Source: a virus (Duplodnaviria > Heunggongvirae > Uroviricota > Caudoviricetes). From it: 64,000 bases of DNA. The DNA is taken from the IMG/VR virus record IMGVR_UViG_3300046096_000179, positions 63,124 through 127,123 of that record. One strand, given 5' to 3'. Positions 1-9,755 of this stretch are shown piece by piece. Each line of letters starts with the position of its first letter. Positions within the stretch are counted from its first letter, which is position 1. The position numbers and the translations under genes are program-made. The notes under the pieces are model-generated. The model was not told the origin of the DNA. It worked only from the letters and a program-made list of their open reading frames with translations, and made no database searches.

Positions 1-29
1 TTGATAATTCTATAATTTCTGCAAACGGA

Positions 30-1262
30 TTGTTGACAACGAAAGATGTATGTGGATTCATCCCCACTCTGATCAACAGAACTTTTGATATGCGAAATAT
101 GTATAAAAAAGAGATGTTGAACTTAGAGAAGCGCAAGCAGGAGATTGAGGGCACACCGGGAAGTGACTTGGAATGCAAAGACTTAACAAGTCGTATTGCA
201 TCGATGAATATTGCCCAAGGCGCTATAAAAATTTTAAATAACTCCTTCTACGGAAACCTTGCTTTGCAATATTTCAGGTATTACGATCCAAGGATGGCTG
301 AAGCTGTTACCGCAACTGGTCAAGTATTCATCAAAAAGACCAATCAATTTGTCGATGAAATTTTGTCAAAAATTCTGGGAACCGCTGGAGAATATGTATA
401 TTACATGGACACTGACAGTTGCTATATAAATTGTCAACTATTGGTTGATCGGCATTGCGTCGGTAAGTCTGACCAAGAGATCGTTACATTCATTGAGAAG
501 TTTGTGTTTGGGGTTATCGCCCCAGAATTAAACAAAAGACTATCCGAATTTGCCAAGACAATGGGTGTTGATGATTGCCGCATCAGCTTCAAACTTGAAT
601 GTATTGGTCCCAGCATGATCATGTCTCAAAAGAAAAAATATTTGTTTGACATTCTCTATTATGAGGGTGTCCGATATAAAGAACCCAAGATGAAAGTCAT
701 GGGAATTGACATTGTTCGCTCATCCACCCCCGGCGTCGTCAAGGATTATCTGACGGATGCAGCAACAATCTGCCTAAGAGGAACCGAATCCGAACTGCAA
801 TCTCATGTTGAATCTGTCAAGAAGCAATTTATGTCCTTGGATTATACCCAAGCATCATTCCCTCGTGGGTGTAATGGTATGAGCGTATATGGAGCAACTT
901 CCGGCAATACCATATCATTGGATGGTGAATCCGTGGCAACTGTTTATGGAGCCAAGACCCCAATTCAAGTCCGTGGAGCATTGGTTTATAATCACCACCT
1001 GAAGAAAATGGGGCTGGACAGCAAATACCCTCTGATTAATGATGGGGAGCGAGTCAAGTTCATTATGATGAACAAACGCAACCCCTTCAGGGAAGATGTT
1101 ATTGCTTTCCCGGATAAGCTGCCTCCTGAGTTTGATCTGGTCAAGTATATTGACTGGAATCTACAATACAAGAAAGCATTTGTTGCTCCATTGGAGAAGA
1201 TCACCAATGCCTTGGGATGGAGCATGGAGAAGCAACCAGACCCGGAGTTTTTGTTCGGTTAA
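30..1262 (+). CDS. 43: DNA polymerase, family B (T4 gp43-like), C-terminal part; 5' end lies outside the window
   Basis: Motif B KILNNSFYG and motif C YYMDTDS; C-terminal clamp-binding-like tail PEFLFG resembling the T4 gp43 tail (recalled from memory). Confidence 0.9.
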   Translation: MLTTKDVCGFIPTLINRTFDMRNMYKKEMLNLEKRKQEIEGTPGSDLECKDLTSRIASMNIAQGAIKILNNSFYGNLALQYFRYYDPRMAEAVTATGQVFIKKTNQFVDEILSKILGTAGEYVYYMDTDSCYINCQLLVDRHCVGKSDQEIVTFIEKFVFGVIAPELNKRLSEFAKTMGVDDCRISFKLECIGPSMIMSQKKKYLFDILYYEGVRYKEPKMKVMGIDIVRSSTPGVVKDYLTDAATICLRGTESELQSHVESVKKQFMSLDYTQASFPRGCNGMSVYGATSGNTISLDGESVATVYGAKTPIQVRGALVYNHHLKKMGLDSKYPLINDGERVKFIMMNKRNPFREDVIAFPDKLPPEFDLVKYIDWNLQYKKAFVAPLEKITNALGWSMEKQPDPEFLFG

Positions 1263-1300
1263 ATATTGAGTAGCATTTTTTAAAGACTGGTTGAATACAG

Positions 1301-1897
1301 GTGGCACGTTTAAATCTGGATCAGATGGCAAAGCGGATTGTCCATGACAAATCCGCCGCCAGAAAGTCCCAAGCATGGTTTGCTGAACAGGTGAAATATC
1401 TGGGGGATATGTCATCGCCAAATGCGGTGATGGCTAACTCTGGGCGCAGACGCAACTTCCTGATTCCCGGCCAGATGACCATGTTCTTCTATTCAGCCAA
1501 GTATAAGGATGAACTGCCCTACTACGACACATTCCCATTGGTGCTTCCTTTTTCTCAGGATGAGGAAACATTCACGGGAATCAACTTTCACTATCTCCCA
1601 GTCAAATTCCGCGTGGTTCTGCTGAAGAATCTGCTGGACTTTTCCACGGATAAGAAACTTGATGAAACCAGCAAGATCAAGATGCAGTGGCGGTTTGTTG
1701 CTGGCGTTGCTCGTTATCAGGGAGTTGAAGCAGCAGTCAAGAAGTATCGCTTTGATCATGTTCAGTCGCAGTTCTTGTTTGTCCCTGCTCCACAATGGTT
1801 CAATGCAGTGATGCTACCGTTTGAGCGCTTTGTTGTTGGCACCAACAACAGTCGTGTTGATAAGAAGTATGTGTGGCGCAACATCTCTGCTACATAA
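1301..1897 (+). CDS. hypothetical protein
   Basis: 198-aa ORF directly downstream of gene 43 on the same strand; no recognisable motif. Confidence 0.5.
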   Translation: MARLNLDQMAKRIVHDKSAARKSQAWFAEQVKYLGDMSSPNAVMANSGRRRNFLIPGQMTMFFYSAKYKDELPYYDTFPLVLPFSQDEETFTGINFHYLPVKFRVVLLKNLLDFSTDKKLDETSKIKMQWRFVAGVARYQGVEAAVKKYRFDHVQSQFLFVPAPQWFNAVMLPFERFVVGTNNSRVDKKYVWRNISAT

Positions 1898-1909
1898 AAG
1901 AGGAACCGA

Positions 1910-3019
1910 ATGTCTGTTCTACAAAAATTAAGCAATAGGTTCCCAACCAACGTAACCATCCCCACCAACAAGGCTGAAGTTGCCGTTGAAGTCTTGAAAC
2001 AGCTTCGACGCCTGACCATTCCGCCCAAGAGGGATGGATTTACTCCAGTCATCCCTCGTGGTGGATACAGCAACAAGCAGCGCAAAGCCGAAAAACTACC
2101 TGAGAAAAAGAGTTTCAATTCTTTTGTATCTGAGGTCAAGTCTCGTGGTGTCGCCAAACAATCGGATTATTTGGTGGAGATAATGCCGCCCCCGTTCTTG
2201 GTTCCCGACCCAACCACTGCCAACCTGATTCGACTCTTCTGTGAGCAGTTTACGTTCCCGGAGTTTGCTTTGGCTACGCAGACTATAAAGGATTATGGTC
2301 TGAATCGGGAGGCTGTATATGATAAGATGTATGGTCAGGTCAATGCCACATTCCTGTGCGATCAGAATATGGTCATCAAGGACTTTTTTGATGCGTGGGC
2401 ATTGGGTACTGTTAGTAGCAACAATGGAGTTTTCCAGTATCCAAACCGCTATATTTCACACCAGATTCGCATACATCAACTGAATGCAGCCAAGCAGATC
2501 GTCTATACAGTGACCTTGAATCGGGTAATGCTGAAGGTAATCAATGATATTGTCCTGTCTCATGCATCCAGAGATGTTACTCGGTTTCAGGTGATGTTTA
2601 CCTACGAAAGCTGGGATTCCAAGCGAGTTCCTGCTGGCTCTGAAATACCAATCAGTAATTCTGTTGATATTGGACAGAAGACCATTCCAGATAACCGCAA
2701 CACAGGTTCGTTGATCGTCATCCCCAAGCTACCAATTATTACCGACCCAACTAAATTAGATGACTGGTATGACTATGCTGGATGGTCTAATGAAGTCAAG
2801 ACGATTCAGCAGACACCAACAACAGTAACCGGTGCAGTGAATGGCGTGATTGATTCTGTCTTGGGAGCAATCACCAATGTTGGTAATGCGGTCAACAATA
2901 CTGTTGGCGGAACAATAAATGCTATTGGGGGAACTGTTGTTGGTGGTTCTGTCAATGGCGTAATCCAAGGGGTGACTGGAGCAATCACATCCGTTGGCAA
3001 CATTTTTAATGGGAATTGA
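1910..3019 (+). CDS. hypothetical protein with Gly/Val/Asn-rich C-terminal repeats
   Basis: 369-aa ORF; C-terminus made of degenerate repeats (VNGVIDSVLGAITNVGNAVNNTVGGTINAIGG...). Confidence 0.5.
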   Translation: MSVLQKLSNRFPTNVTIPTNKAEVAVEVLKQLRRLTIPPKRDGFTPVIPRGGYSNKQRKAEKLPEKKSFNSFVSEVKSRGVAKQSDYLVEIMPPPFLVPDPTTANLIRLFCEQFTFPEFALATQTIKDYGLNREAVYDKMYGQVNATFLCDQNMVIKDFFDAWALGTVSSNNGVFQYPNRYISHQIRIHQLNAAKQIVYTVTLNRVMLKVINDIVLSHASRDVTRFQVMFTYESWDSKRVPAGSEIPISNSVDIGQKTIPDNRNTGSLIVIPKLPIITDPTKLDDWYDYAGWSNEVKTIQQTPTTVTGAVNGVIDSVLGAITNVGNAVNNTVGGTINAIGGTVVGGSVNGVIQGVTGAITSVGNIFNGN

Positions 3020-3522
3020 GTATGGGAAAATATGATGCTGCCATGTCCATGGCCTTGGGTGTTCCTTTGAGTGAGCCTGTAATCTTGCCAAGGAGTGAGA
3101 TTGCAATTGCCGATGAAAATCCAGTCGCTGTCTTGGAACCAAAAAGTGAATCTGGTTCGTCGGAGGATAAAGAATTTGATGATGTCAAGACCAACTTAGA
3201 GGGTATCTTGGGTAAGGCCGAATACGCCTTGGCTACTCTGACCAGCTTGGCTATTTCTGAGGAATCCCCACGAGCCTTTGAGGTCTTGAATACCATGCTA
3301 AACAGTATGGTTGACATCAACATGAAGATGATTGAAATTGAGGAACGCAAGGCAAAACTGAAGAAACTTCGTGCAGCAGATAATGCGGATAAATCCCCAA
3401 CTCCGGGCAGCCTTAACTTGGTTGCCGGGTCTGGGGAGACAACCGTAAATAACAATGTCGTCTTTGTGGGAACCACCAAGGAACTACAAGAGCAACTTCG
3501 TCAACAAATGACTGGAAAGTAA
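3016..3522 (+). CDS. hypothetical protein
   Basis: ATGA start/stop overlap with the upstream gene; acidic, coiled-coil-like. Confidence 0.5.
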   Translation: MSMGKYDAAMSMALGVPLSEPVILPRSEIAIADENPVAVLEPKSESGSSEDKEFDDVKTNLEGILGKAEYALATLTSLAISEESPRAFEVLNTMLNSMVDINMKMIEIEERKAKLKKLRAADNADKSPTPGSLNLVAGSGETTVNNNVVFVGTTKELQEQLRQQMTGK

Positions 3523-3528
3523 TCCACT

Positions 3529-4251
3529 GTGAAAAAACCATTACCTATTGTAAGTTCCCCAAGCATTGTATGCGTTCTGCCTGTTTCTGGGCAGAAGATT
3601 TCCTATCGACCTTTCTTGGTCAAGGAACAGAAGGCTATGTTGCTGGCGCAGAAGTCCGAAGATGAGGCTACAATTGCACAGACTGTGCGGGATGTTGTCA
3701 TCTCCTGCACCAACGGAACCTTGGATTACGACAACACGCCAACTGCAGACATTGCCTACTTCTTCTTGCAGATGCAGATTTCGTCGGTTGGAGCAGAACG
3801 CAAAGTGGCTATCCCCTGTGTCAGTTGCCATGAGCCTATTGGTATGAACATTGACCTGAGCAAGATTGGGATTGATACTTCCAAGGTTCAGACCAAGATC
3901 ATGCTGGATGATAAAATTGGGGTCGTGTTCCGGCTCCCATCCATGACTGATGCCGCCGATACCCTTCAGATTGATGATAAGGTCGAAAGAAACAGCAGCC
4001 TGATTTGCCGCCTGATAGTCAATATTTTTGATGAGGACTCTGTATATCCTCGTTCTGAATACACCGATGAAGAATTGGATACATGGTTGAATGCCTTGTC
4101 CGATGATGCATTGTTGCGGATTCAATCTTTCGTGGATAACATCCCCGAACTTCGCCATGAATTGGTTTATTCATGCCCTAAATGTCAGACAAAACAACGC
4201 AAGCTCTTGGAGGGCTTGCATGGCTTTTTTCGCCTTGGCAATGATAAATGA
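3529..4251 (+). CDS. hypothetical protein with a split zinc-ribbon (CVSC...CPKC)
   Basis: 240-aa ORF containing two CxxC pairs. Confidence 0.5.
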   Translation: MKKPLPIVSSPSIVCVLPVSGQKISYRPFLVKEQKAMLLAQKSEDEATIAQTVRDVVISCTNGTLDYDNTPTADIAYFFLQMQISSVGAERKVAIPCVSCHEPIGMNIDLSKIGIDTSKVQTKIMLDDKIGVVFRLPSMTDAADTLQIDDKVERNSSLICRLIVNIFDEDSVYPRSEYTDEELDTWLNALSDDALLRIQSFVDNIPELRHELVYSCPKCQTKQRKLLEGLHGFFRLGNDK

Positions 4252-4394
4252 TAGTATTGAGAATTACTATCGTCTGAATACCAAGTTGATGATGCGGTTT
4301 GGTATCGACTTTGATACCTTGGAAATGATGTTCCCGTTTGAGCGTGATGTTTACTATCACCTGATCATAGAAGAATTAGAAAAGAAGAAACGAG

Positions 4395-6215
4395 ATGCCG
4401 CTGCCTCCTAATCCATCAACACCTCCCGGTGGTCAACAACCAATCAACCCCGCACTGAATCCAGCAGCATCTCTGAGTCGGGAGGCTCAGGCTCGTTTGG
4501 ATACTCAGATGAGGAAGAATGCTGAGATTCTTTCCAAGATTCAGTCCAGATTGAATGATGTAACATCTGTCGGGCAGACGATGCAGCAGGGAGCATTTAA
4601 TGCATTCGGTAACAACTTTCTGACCCGAGGGGCAATGAGCGCAACTGGTCTGATTGGTGACTTGTTGAATGGCGAGAATGAGCAGAGCCAGACTCCAGAG
4701 GCTCAGATGGTATCTTTGTTCAAGGAGCAGATGCAGATTATGGATGCTGTCTTGTTGGAAAACAAGAAGCATACCGAGGTTCTGACAAATTTCACCGAGA
4801 CTCTACCTTCATTGGTCTATGGTGGTAATGACAGGTCAAGATTGAATGGCGCTCCATTTGACTCCTATGACTATCCTGACCAGAAAGTCATGACCGTTGA
4901 CCAGTGGGAACGGTTCATGAAGCAGATGGAGGATTCTCGTACTCATGAAAATTTCCAAGAGAACAAACCAGAACCAAATCCATTTGCATGGATGACTGAT
5001 CAGGCAATTCGTCACCCGGCATCCAGCCTCCCCCCTGAACAGATAATCAGCGTTGATGAGATAATTGAATCCCCCAACAAGAAGTCCAAGAAAAAGACTC
5101 AGGATGTTGAAGACGTGGAGATTAAGGCTCCGGTGCTTCGGATAGAATATGAGGATGTCAAGAAGTCATTCAAGGCAACTGAGGATAAATCCAAGACTCC
5201 AGATGCATTGCGAGACTCCGATGCTTCTGTCAAGGATAGCCCCAATCCATTTTCGTCAATAGCTAAGGACTTGTATGATCGATCCGACTCCAAGATGGAT
5301 TCTGAGTCTATCACCGAGGATGCTGAAGAAAAGGATAAAGACCGATTCTTCAAGTCTGTCGTTGGGTTGCTGACCAAGATTGACAAGAAACTGGAGCCAA
5401 AACTTTCCGACGCCAAGCTGTCGTCCCAAGAGGATATACTTGAGGCTGGTAAGCACAATCTGGATGCCAAGATCAAGGCGATGATTGACTCTGTCATCAA
5501 GGAATCCACTCAGAATGTGGCCCCAATTGAAGATGCAAATAATGCCGATGATGGATTGGGGTTCCCAGACATTGACATAGACCTACTCGGACGTAAAGGT
5601 CCCCATGGTAAGAAAGGTGGCACTCTGGGTCGCTTGGGTAAAGGTGCCTTGCGAGCAGCCAGATTCATCCCCGCTGCGGGGTTGGCGGTTGGCGTCGGTA
5701 TGGCTGCTTACGAAGGTATCAGCGGGTGGAATGATGCCGAACAGATTCTGGGCATTAAAGATCGAGAGGCAACGACCGGTGAGAAAGCAGCATCTGCTCT
5801 GGCCGGGATTGCAGAGGGAATTACCTTGGGTCTGATTGACAAGCAGGTTGCTGCCAAGTTCTTGACTGATGAATCCAAGATGGCTCCGGGGAAACCAGTC
5901 AATCAGGAACCTATATATGATGCAATGGGCAACTTTGTTGGAATGGAGAACGTGGATGATGTCCCTGCTTCCCCCGATAAGTTGGAGGCCGTAAACGAAA
6001 ATGTTGAAATCTTGGATGATGCATCCGATGCCCTCCGGCGAGTTGAAAATCAGCAGAGGGTACTGGAGAAGGCATCTACGGATGCCTCTGGAACCAATGG
6101 ACCTAGCATCAACACGGTGAATAACGTCACCAATCAGACGTTGTATGCCCCAAGACGGTACCCAAACAATACCGAAGTCTCATTTAATCGCTATATTTCT
6201 TCTGCATTTGCTTGA
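4395..6215 (+). CDS. hypothetical large protein, Pro-rich N-terminus, Lys/Asp-rich, Gly-rich segment
   Basis: 606-aa ORF; antisense ORFs inside it were rejected. Confidence 0.55.
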   Translation: MPLPPNPSTPPGGQQPINPALNPAASLSREAQARLDTQMRKNAEILSKIQSRLNDVTSVGQTMQQGAFNAFGNNFLTRGAMSATGLIGDLLNGENEQSQTPEAQMVSLFKEQMQIMDAVLLENKKHTEVLTNFTETLPSLVYGGNDRSRLNGAPFDSYDYPDQKVMTVDQWERFMKQMEDSRTHENFQENKPEPNPFAWMTDQAIRHPASSLPPEQIISVDEIIESPNKKSKKKTQDVEDVEIKAPVLRIEYEDVKKSFKATEDKSKTPDALRDSDASVKDSPNPFSSIAKDLYDRSDSKMDSESITEDAEEKDKDRFFKSVVGLLTKIDKKLEPKLSDAKLSSQEDILEAGKHNLDAKIKAMIDSVIKESTQNVAPIEDANNADDGLGFPDIDIDLLGRKGPHGKKGGTLGRLGKGALRAARFIPAAGLAVGVGMAAYEGISGWNDAEQILGIKDREATTGEKAASALAGIAEGITLGLIDKQVAAKFLTDESKMAPGKPVNQEPIYDAMGNFVGMENVDDVPASPDKLEAVNENVEILDDASDALRRVENQQRVLEKASTDASGTNGPSINTVNNVTNQTLYAPRRYPNNTEVSFNRYISSAFA

Positions 6216-6277
6216 TTTTGGTCTGGAACTGAGCTACAATTCAGTTTCCAACCAATCTTTACTGAAGGATCTTTATC

Positions 6278-6589
6278 ATGACCGATGCTCTGTTGTTCCC
6301 CAAGCGAATCCACGTGGTTCATCACCAACCAAACTATGATCGCAAGGGAGGTGTCTGCCTGATTGCCTATCATGATCATGGCGACTCCTTCATTCGCATC
6401 TGCTCGTCGTTATGCTCTCCGCTGGATCAGTATGCCAAGAAGACCGGCTATCGAAACGCACATCAGGAGATGGCCGTCGACTCCGGAATTCGTCTTCCTG
6501 TTCCCGCCAGTCTCCGTCGCAAGATGACTTATGGTAACCTGCGTGGTTTCCTGAATCACTTTGCCATCAATGTCAGTGAAACCTTCTAA
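6278..6589 (+). CDS. hypothetical protein
   Basis: Preceded by a promoter-leader cassette variant (gagctacaattcag...aaggatctttatcATG). Confidence 0.5.
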   Translation: MTDALLFPKRIHVVHHQPNYDRKGGVCLIAYHDHGDSFIRICSSLCSPLDQYAKKTGYRNAHQEMAVDSGIRLPVPASLRRKMTYGNLRGFLNHFAINVSETF

Positions 6590-6622
6590 ACCACCACACA
6601 TTCCATCAAAAAAGGAACCATC

Positions 6623-7045
6623 ATGAACCCATTTCTGAAAAAACTTACTGCATTCTTGGAAAAGAGTGCTGCTACCGAGGACACAACAATCCTACCCACG
6701 GCTGGTGCGGGTGAGACCTACGTGGGGATTATTATCCCCTACGATGGCAGTGAACCATATCACCTGATGCTCATGAATAAGGTTGGTCACCCAGCAACTA
6801 CATGGGAAGATGCAGTTGATTTTGCCAACAACCATCCTGCCGATATTGATCTCCCCACTATTCAGGAGGCCAAGTTGCTGCATGCAAACACCAAGACGCT
6901 GACTGGCAAGAAATACTGGACCAGCGAACCGCATGCCGCATATCAGAATTGTGCATGGGTTCTGGATGGCACCACTGGCATTGTTGGATATGGTCAGGCT
7001 GATCGCCCCGGCATTGCTCGCTTGGTTCGTCGCATTTCTATCTAA
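6623..7045 (+). CDS. hypothetical protein
   Basis: RBS aaaaggaacc upstream of the ATG. Confidence 0.5.
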   Translation: MNPFLKKLTAFLEKSAATEDTTILPTAGAGETYVGIIIPYDGSEPYHLMLMNKVGHPATTWEDAVDFANNHPADIDLPTIQEAKLLHANTKTLTGKKYWTSEPHAAYQNCAWVLDGTTGIVGYGQADRPGIARLVRRISI

Positions 7046-7076
7046 CCCCATTTTCTAATACTGAAAGCTCTATATC

Positions 7077-7574
7077 ATGTTCTCAAATATTCTTGAATTC
7101 CTGACTGCATTCTTTAAGCCGCTGATTGCAGTCGTCATGTCCATTATCGGTATGGTGAACCCCGTGCCAGATGCCCCTGTCGTTGATGAACTGGAAAAGG
7201 TCATCATCATGCACCCTGAACAGAAGGAAGAATTGGAAGATAAGAAAGAGCAAATCTTGGCCGAGATTGGAGAGCGAATCATGGCTTCCCCTCCAGAACC
7301 TGACCCAAATCAGGCACTGAATCCTGTGACGTTTGATGCCTTCTGTGGCAAGGATCATCTTCAGATGGCTCGAATGGCAATGAGCATCTACCAGCGCGGT
7401 TTGGGGTGGGCTTATACCAAGTCGCTGATCGAGGAAGCGACCAACCCAGATGTTATGGCGTTGATGTTGAGTATGGCTCGGGAACGTGAGCGCATGGGTG
7501 AAGATAAGCAACATGTGGCAATCATGGCATTTAGCAACGAGATCAACGACATCTGCGTCCGTGGGCACTTCTAA
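7077..7574 (+). CDS. hypothetical protein
   Basis: 165-aa ORF followed by a structured intergenic element. Confidence 0.5.
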   Translation: MFSNILEFLTAFFKPLIAVVMSIIGMVNPVPDAPVVDELEKVIIMHPEQKEELEDKKEQILAEIGERIMASPPEPDPNQALNPVTFDAFCGKDHLQMARMAMSIYQRGLGWAYTKSLIEEATNPDVMALMLSMARERERMGEDKQHVAIMAFSNEINDICVRGHF

Positions 7575-7590
7575 ACGGGCTTAGAAGCCT

Positions 7591-7685
7591 CCAAAACAGA
7601 TTCTGGCTACCAAGGTAGCCATTTTCTTTTGAATGGCCTTGTAGCTCGTTTAAATCTGTTTTGGATATTTTAAATTGTTTTTTGG
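7591..7685 (+). terminator. compound stem-loop terminator: 12-bp outer inverted repeat (ccaaaacagatt/aatctgttttgg) around inner hairpin TGGCTACCAAGGTAGCCA, then a T-rich run
   Basis: Inverted repeats and T-run read directly from the sequence; lies between two plus-strand genes. Confidence 0.45.
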
Positions 7686-7741
7686 AATCTGCCGGAATTC
7701 CGTGCTACAATTCAGTCCACCAACCGAAAGGAACCTATATC

Positions 7742-8086
7742 ATGCCCACCGTTCTGACCAAACTGAATGCATTGATTGACTGGATTGAGGGCAATACCAA
7801 AGCATACGTTGAATCTGAGTTGTCGCTGACCCATGATTCCGAATTCTGCCAGCGACGCATAAATGATGGCAAACATACCATTTGTCCCGGTAAGAAGTTT
7901 TTAAAGGTGGTTTCTGGTGGGTCTGTTCGATTCTTTGTTGATTCCAATACCGGCGACATCTACAAGGCAGCATCTTTCCGCGCTCCAGCAAAGGGCATCC
8001 GTGGAAATCTATTTTCTGACAAGGGTGGGCGTGAAGCATTCCAGTATGCTGGTTTGGGCTTGACTTTTGTAAATTATGCTCGCTAA
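7742..8086 (+). CDS. hypothetical protein (true start after the read-through promoter-leader)
   Basis: Track ORF 7661..8086 translates the cassette as ...GTYIM; real ATG is at 7742, after gtgctacaattcag...aaggaacctatatcATG. Confidence 0.55.
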   Translation: MPTVLTKLNALIDWIEGNTKAYVESELSLTHDSEFCQRRINDGKHTICPGKKFLKVVSGGSVRFFVDSNTGDIYKAASFRAPAKGIRGNLFSDKGGREAFQYAGLGLTFVNYAR

Positions 8087-8113
8087 GAATTATGTGATAC
8101 AATTCATTTCATC

Positions 8114-8329
8114 ATGAAACATCACATCACCCGCGTTCTTAAAGTTTACCCGACATATACTGGAATTGCTCCCCAAGAGCACTCGATTGTGGTCACCTAT
8201 GCCCGCCAGATTCGCCAGTGGGCGGGTAGCTATCATGATCAGGACGGCCACATCGTTGGGCATGCGGTTCTTGCCAAAACAAAAGAACTGGCAGTTGATG
8301 CCATTCGCCAGCAGCACGACATCCAATGA
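8114..8329 (+). CDS. hypothetical protein
   Basis: Short cassette tgtgatacaattcatttcatcATG upstream. Confidence 0.45.
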   Translation: MKHHITRVLKVYPTYTGIAPQEHSIVVTYARQIRQWAGSYHDQDGHIVGHAVLAKTKELAVDAIRQQHDIQ

Positions 8330-8880
8330 CCTACAAATCCCCACCTCGATCAAAACTATACTACATAGCCATTGGCGCAAAGAATTCCATTCGAGCATTC
8401 TTTGCTCGTCTAGAGTATCATTGGAATGGTGGTTACAAATGCCATTGTTGCGGTACGCTGATTCCGATTCACTATCACCATATTGAATCTGAAGTCAACG
8501 GTGAACGTATCATCATCTCCAACAATTCCAAGCATCTTTACTGTGCATATTGTTTGGGTACAAAGATCGAGTCATATTTCCGATACTCTGAACAGTTGGC
8601 TCCACTCCATGTAAATGAATGTGATTGGGTGCATCGACCGGCAAAGACGATTCGCATCATCTGGGGCACCGATCCAATCGCAAAACAACTCGATCTGGAT
8701 GTCAGGTTTGGTGGGCGTTGGTGGAACGGACATAACGCATGTCAAGAAGCATTCGTCAGAGCATTGATTCATTCAGAAGTTTCTTACATGACAATCGTGT
8801 GGGTTCATGATAAAAAGTCAGGCAAAATGAAGATGATTGACCGCAATGGGATAAAGGTGGGTAGTGATGGTAGTTGGTGA
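8326..8880 (+). CDS. hypothetical Cys/His-rich protein
   Basis: 184 aa with several CxxC and HxH clusters; ATGA-coupled to the upstream gene. Confidence 0.5.
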   Translation: MTYKSPPRSKLYYIAIGAKNSIRAFFARLEYHWNGGYKCHCCGTLIPIHYHHIESEVNGERIIISNNSKHLYCAYCLGTKIESYFRYSEQLAPLHVNECDWVHRPAKTIRIIWGTDPIAKQLDLDVRFGGRWWNGHNACQEAFVRALIHSEVSYMTIVWVHDKKSGKMKMIDRNGIKVGSDGSW

Positions 8881-9052
8881 ACTACCAAAGATTGGCGGGT
8901 CAGCGAATTTCGCGTTTGTTGTTGTCACTACACAGAAGTCGGCCGCAATTCTATTCTATCGCAAACCGAAGATACACAATCTCATCTTTGATTTGATCGA
9001 TCGACCAATCACAAGAATAATGTGGATGGTCATTGACAATGCGCGTGTCTGA
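8864..9052 (+). CDS. DLP-leader family small protein (MMVVGELPKI...)
   Basis: N-terminal leader variant; its stop TGA sits inside the TCTGA of the next member's leader. Confidence 0.5.
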   Translation: MMVVGELPKIGGSANFAFVVVTTQKSAAILFYRKPKIHNLIFDLIDRPITRIMWMVIDNARV

Positions 9053-9254
9053 ACTCCCGGTAACTAAGATGCCGTATCGTGCAAAAGAACCGATGCCAAC
9101 ATTTGAACATCGGTTCTTTGTTTATCGCATAGCTTCCATACCCATAAACATTGATTGGATTGGTAATTTGACTATACCAATTGACACTGCTCTTGACATC
9201 CACATTCACGCTTTGATCGAAAGGCTATACAATGAAACCAGCATACTTCGGTGA
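9039..9254 (+). CDS. DLP-leader family small protein (MRVSELPV...)
   Basis: Leader atgcgcgtgtctgaactcccg; TTG-extended in the track as 9033. Confidence 0.5.
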   Translation: MRVSELPVTKMPYRAKEPMPTFEHRFFVYRIASIPINIDWIGNLTIPIDTALDIHIHALIERLYNETSILR

Positions 9255-9450
9255 TTCCAAACATGATGGAATCTCAATCCAGTTCATTCGCAATACCCAG
9301 TCAGTCCACGTTTCTGGTTGGTATGATTCATTTGTTGGTATTGAAGGTGAGTGTATCGACCTGAAAGAGTTTCTGACTCGTATTGGCATCACCCAGAAAG
9401 ATGTTCTGAAAGTTTTTGCAGAAAAATCTACTACAGTGCAGAATCCGTGA
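9232..9450 (+). CDS. hypothetical protein
   Basis: 72-aa ORF. Confidence 0.4.
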   Translation: MKPAYFGDSKHDGISIQFIRNTQSVHVSGWYDSFVGIEGECIDLKEFLTRIGITQKDVLKVFAEKSTTVQNP

Positions 9451-9490
9451 TACAATAGAACCATCAAATCCACTACAAGGAAACTACATC
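9431..9490 (+). promoter_or_regulatory. promoter-leader cassette: extended -10 (TGaTACAAT) plus conserved 5'UTR and RBS
   Basis: ctacagtgcagaatccgtgatacaatagaaccatcaaatccactacaaggaaactacatcATG. Confidence 0.6.
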
Positions 9491-9754
9491 ATGAAATTTA
9501 CAATTACCGAAGCAGCAGCCATCTTGTCAAAGCAAATGGGGTATGACGTTGAAATCGTTTCTGATTCTGAATCAGACGAATGGGATGTCAACACACAGAC
9601 GATTGCAGAGTATCCGTATCCACTCAGCCATTCCGATAAAATCCACGTGATTTTTAGCGACGGGACGTCCGATACTGGCGTGGCAGATTCTTGGTCTTAT
9701 TCATGGGATACTACTGGAACGCTCCACATCGTCAAGTATCGCAAGTTGGATTGA
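9491..9754 (+). CDS. HIVKYRK-family small protein
   Basis: C-terminus SWDTTGTLHIVKYRKLD; one of five paralogues. Confidence 0.6.
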   Translation: MKFTITEAAAILSKQMGYDVEIVSDSESDEWDVNTQTIAEYPYPLSHSDKIHVIFSDGTSDTGVADSWSYSWDTTGTLHIVKYRKLD

Positions 9755-9755
9755 C

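Noticed and set aside
4416-5509. Several minus-strand ORFs inside 4395..6215
   Set aside because: They are antisense to a long plus-strand ORF with coding-like composition. They have a Ser/Leu-rich antisense signature and no starts with RBS.
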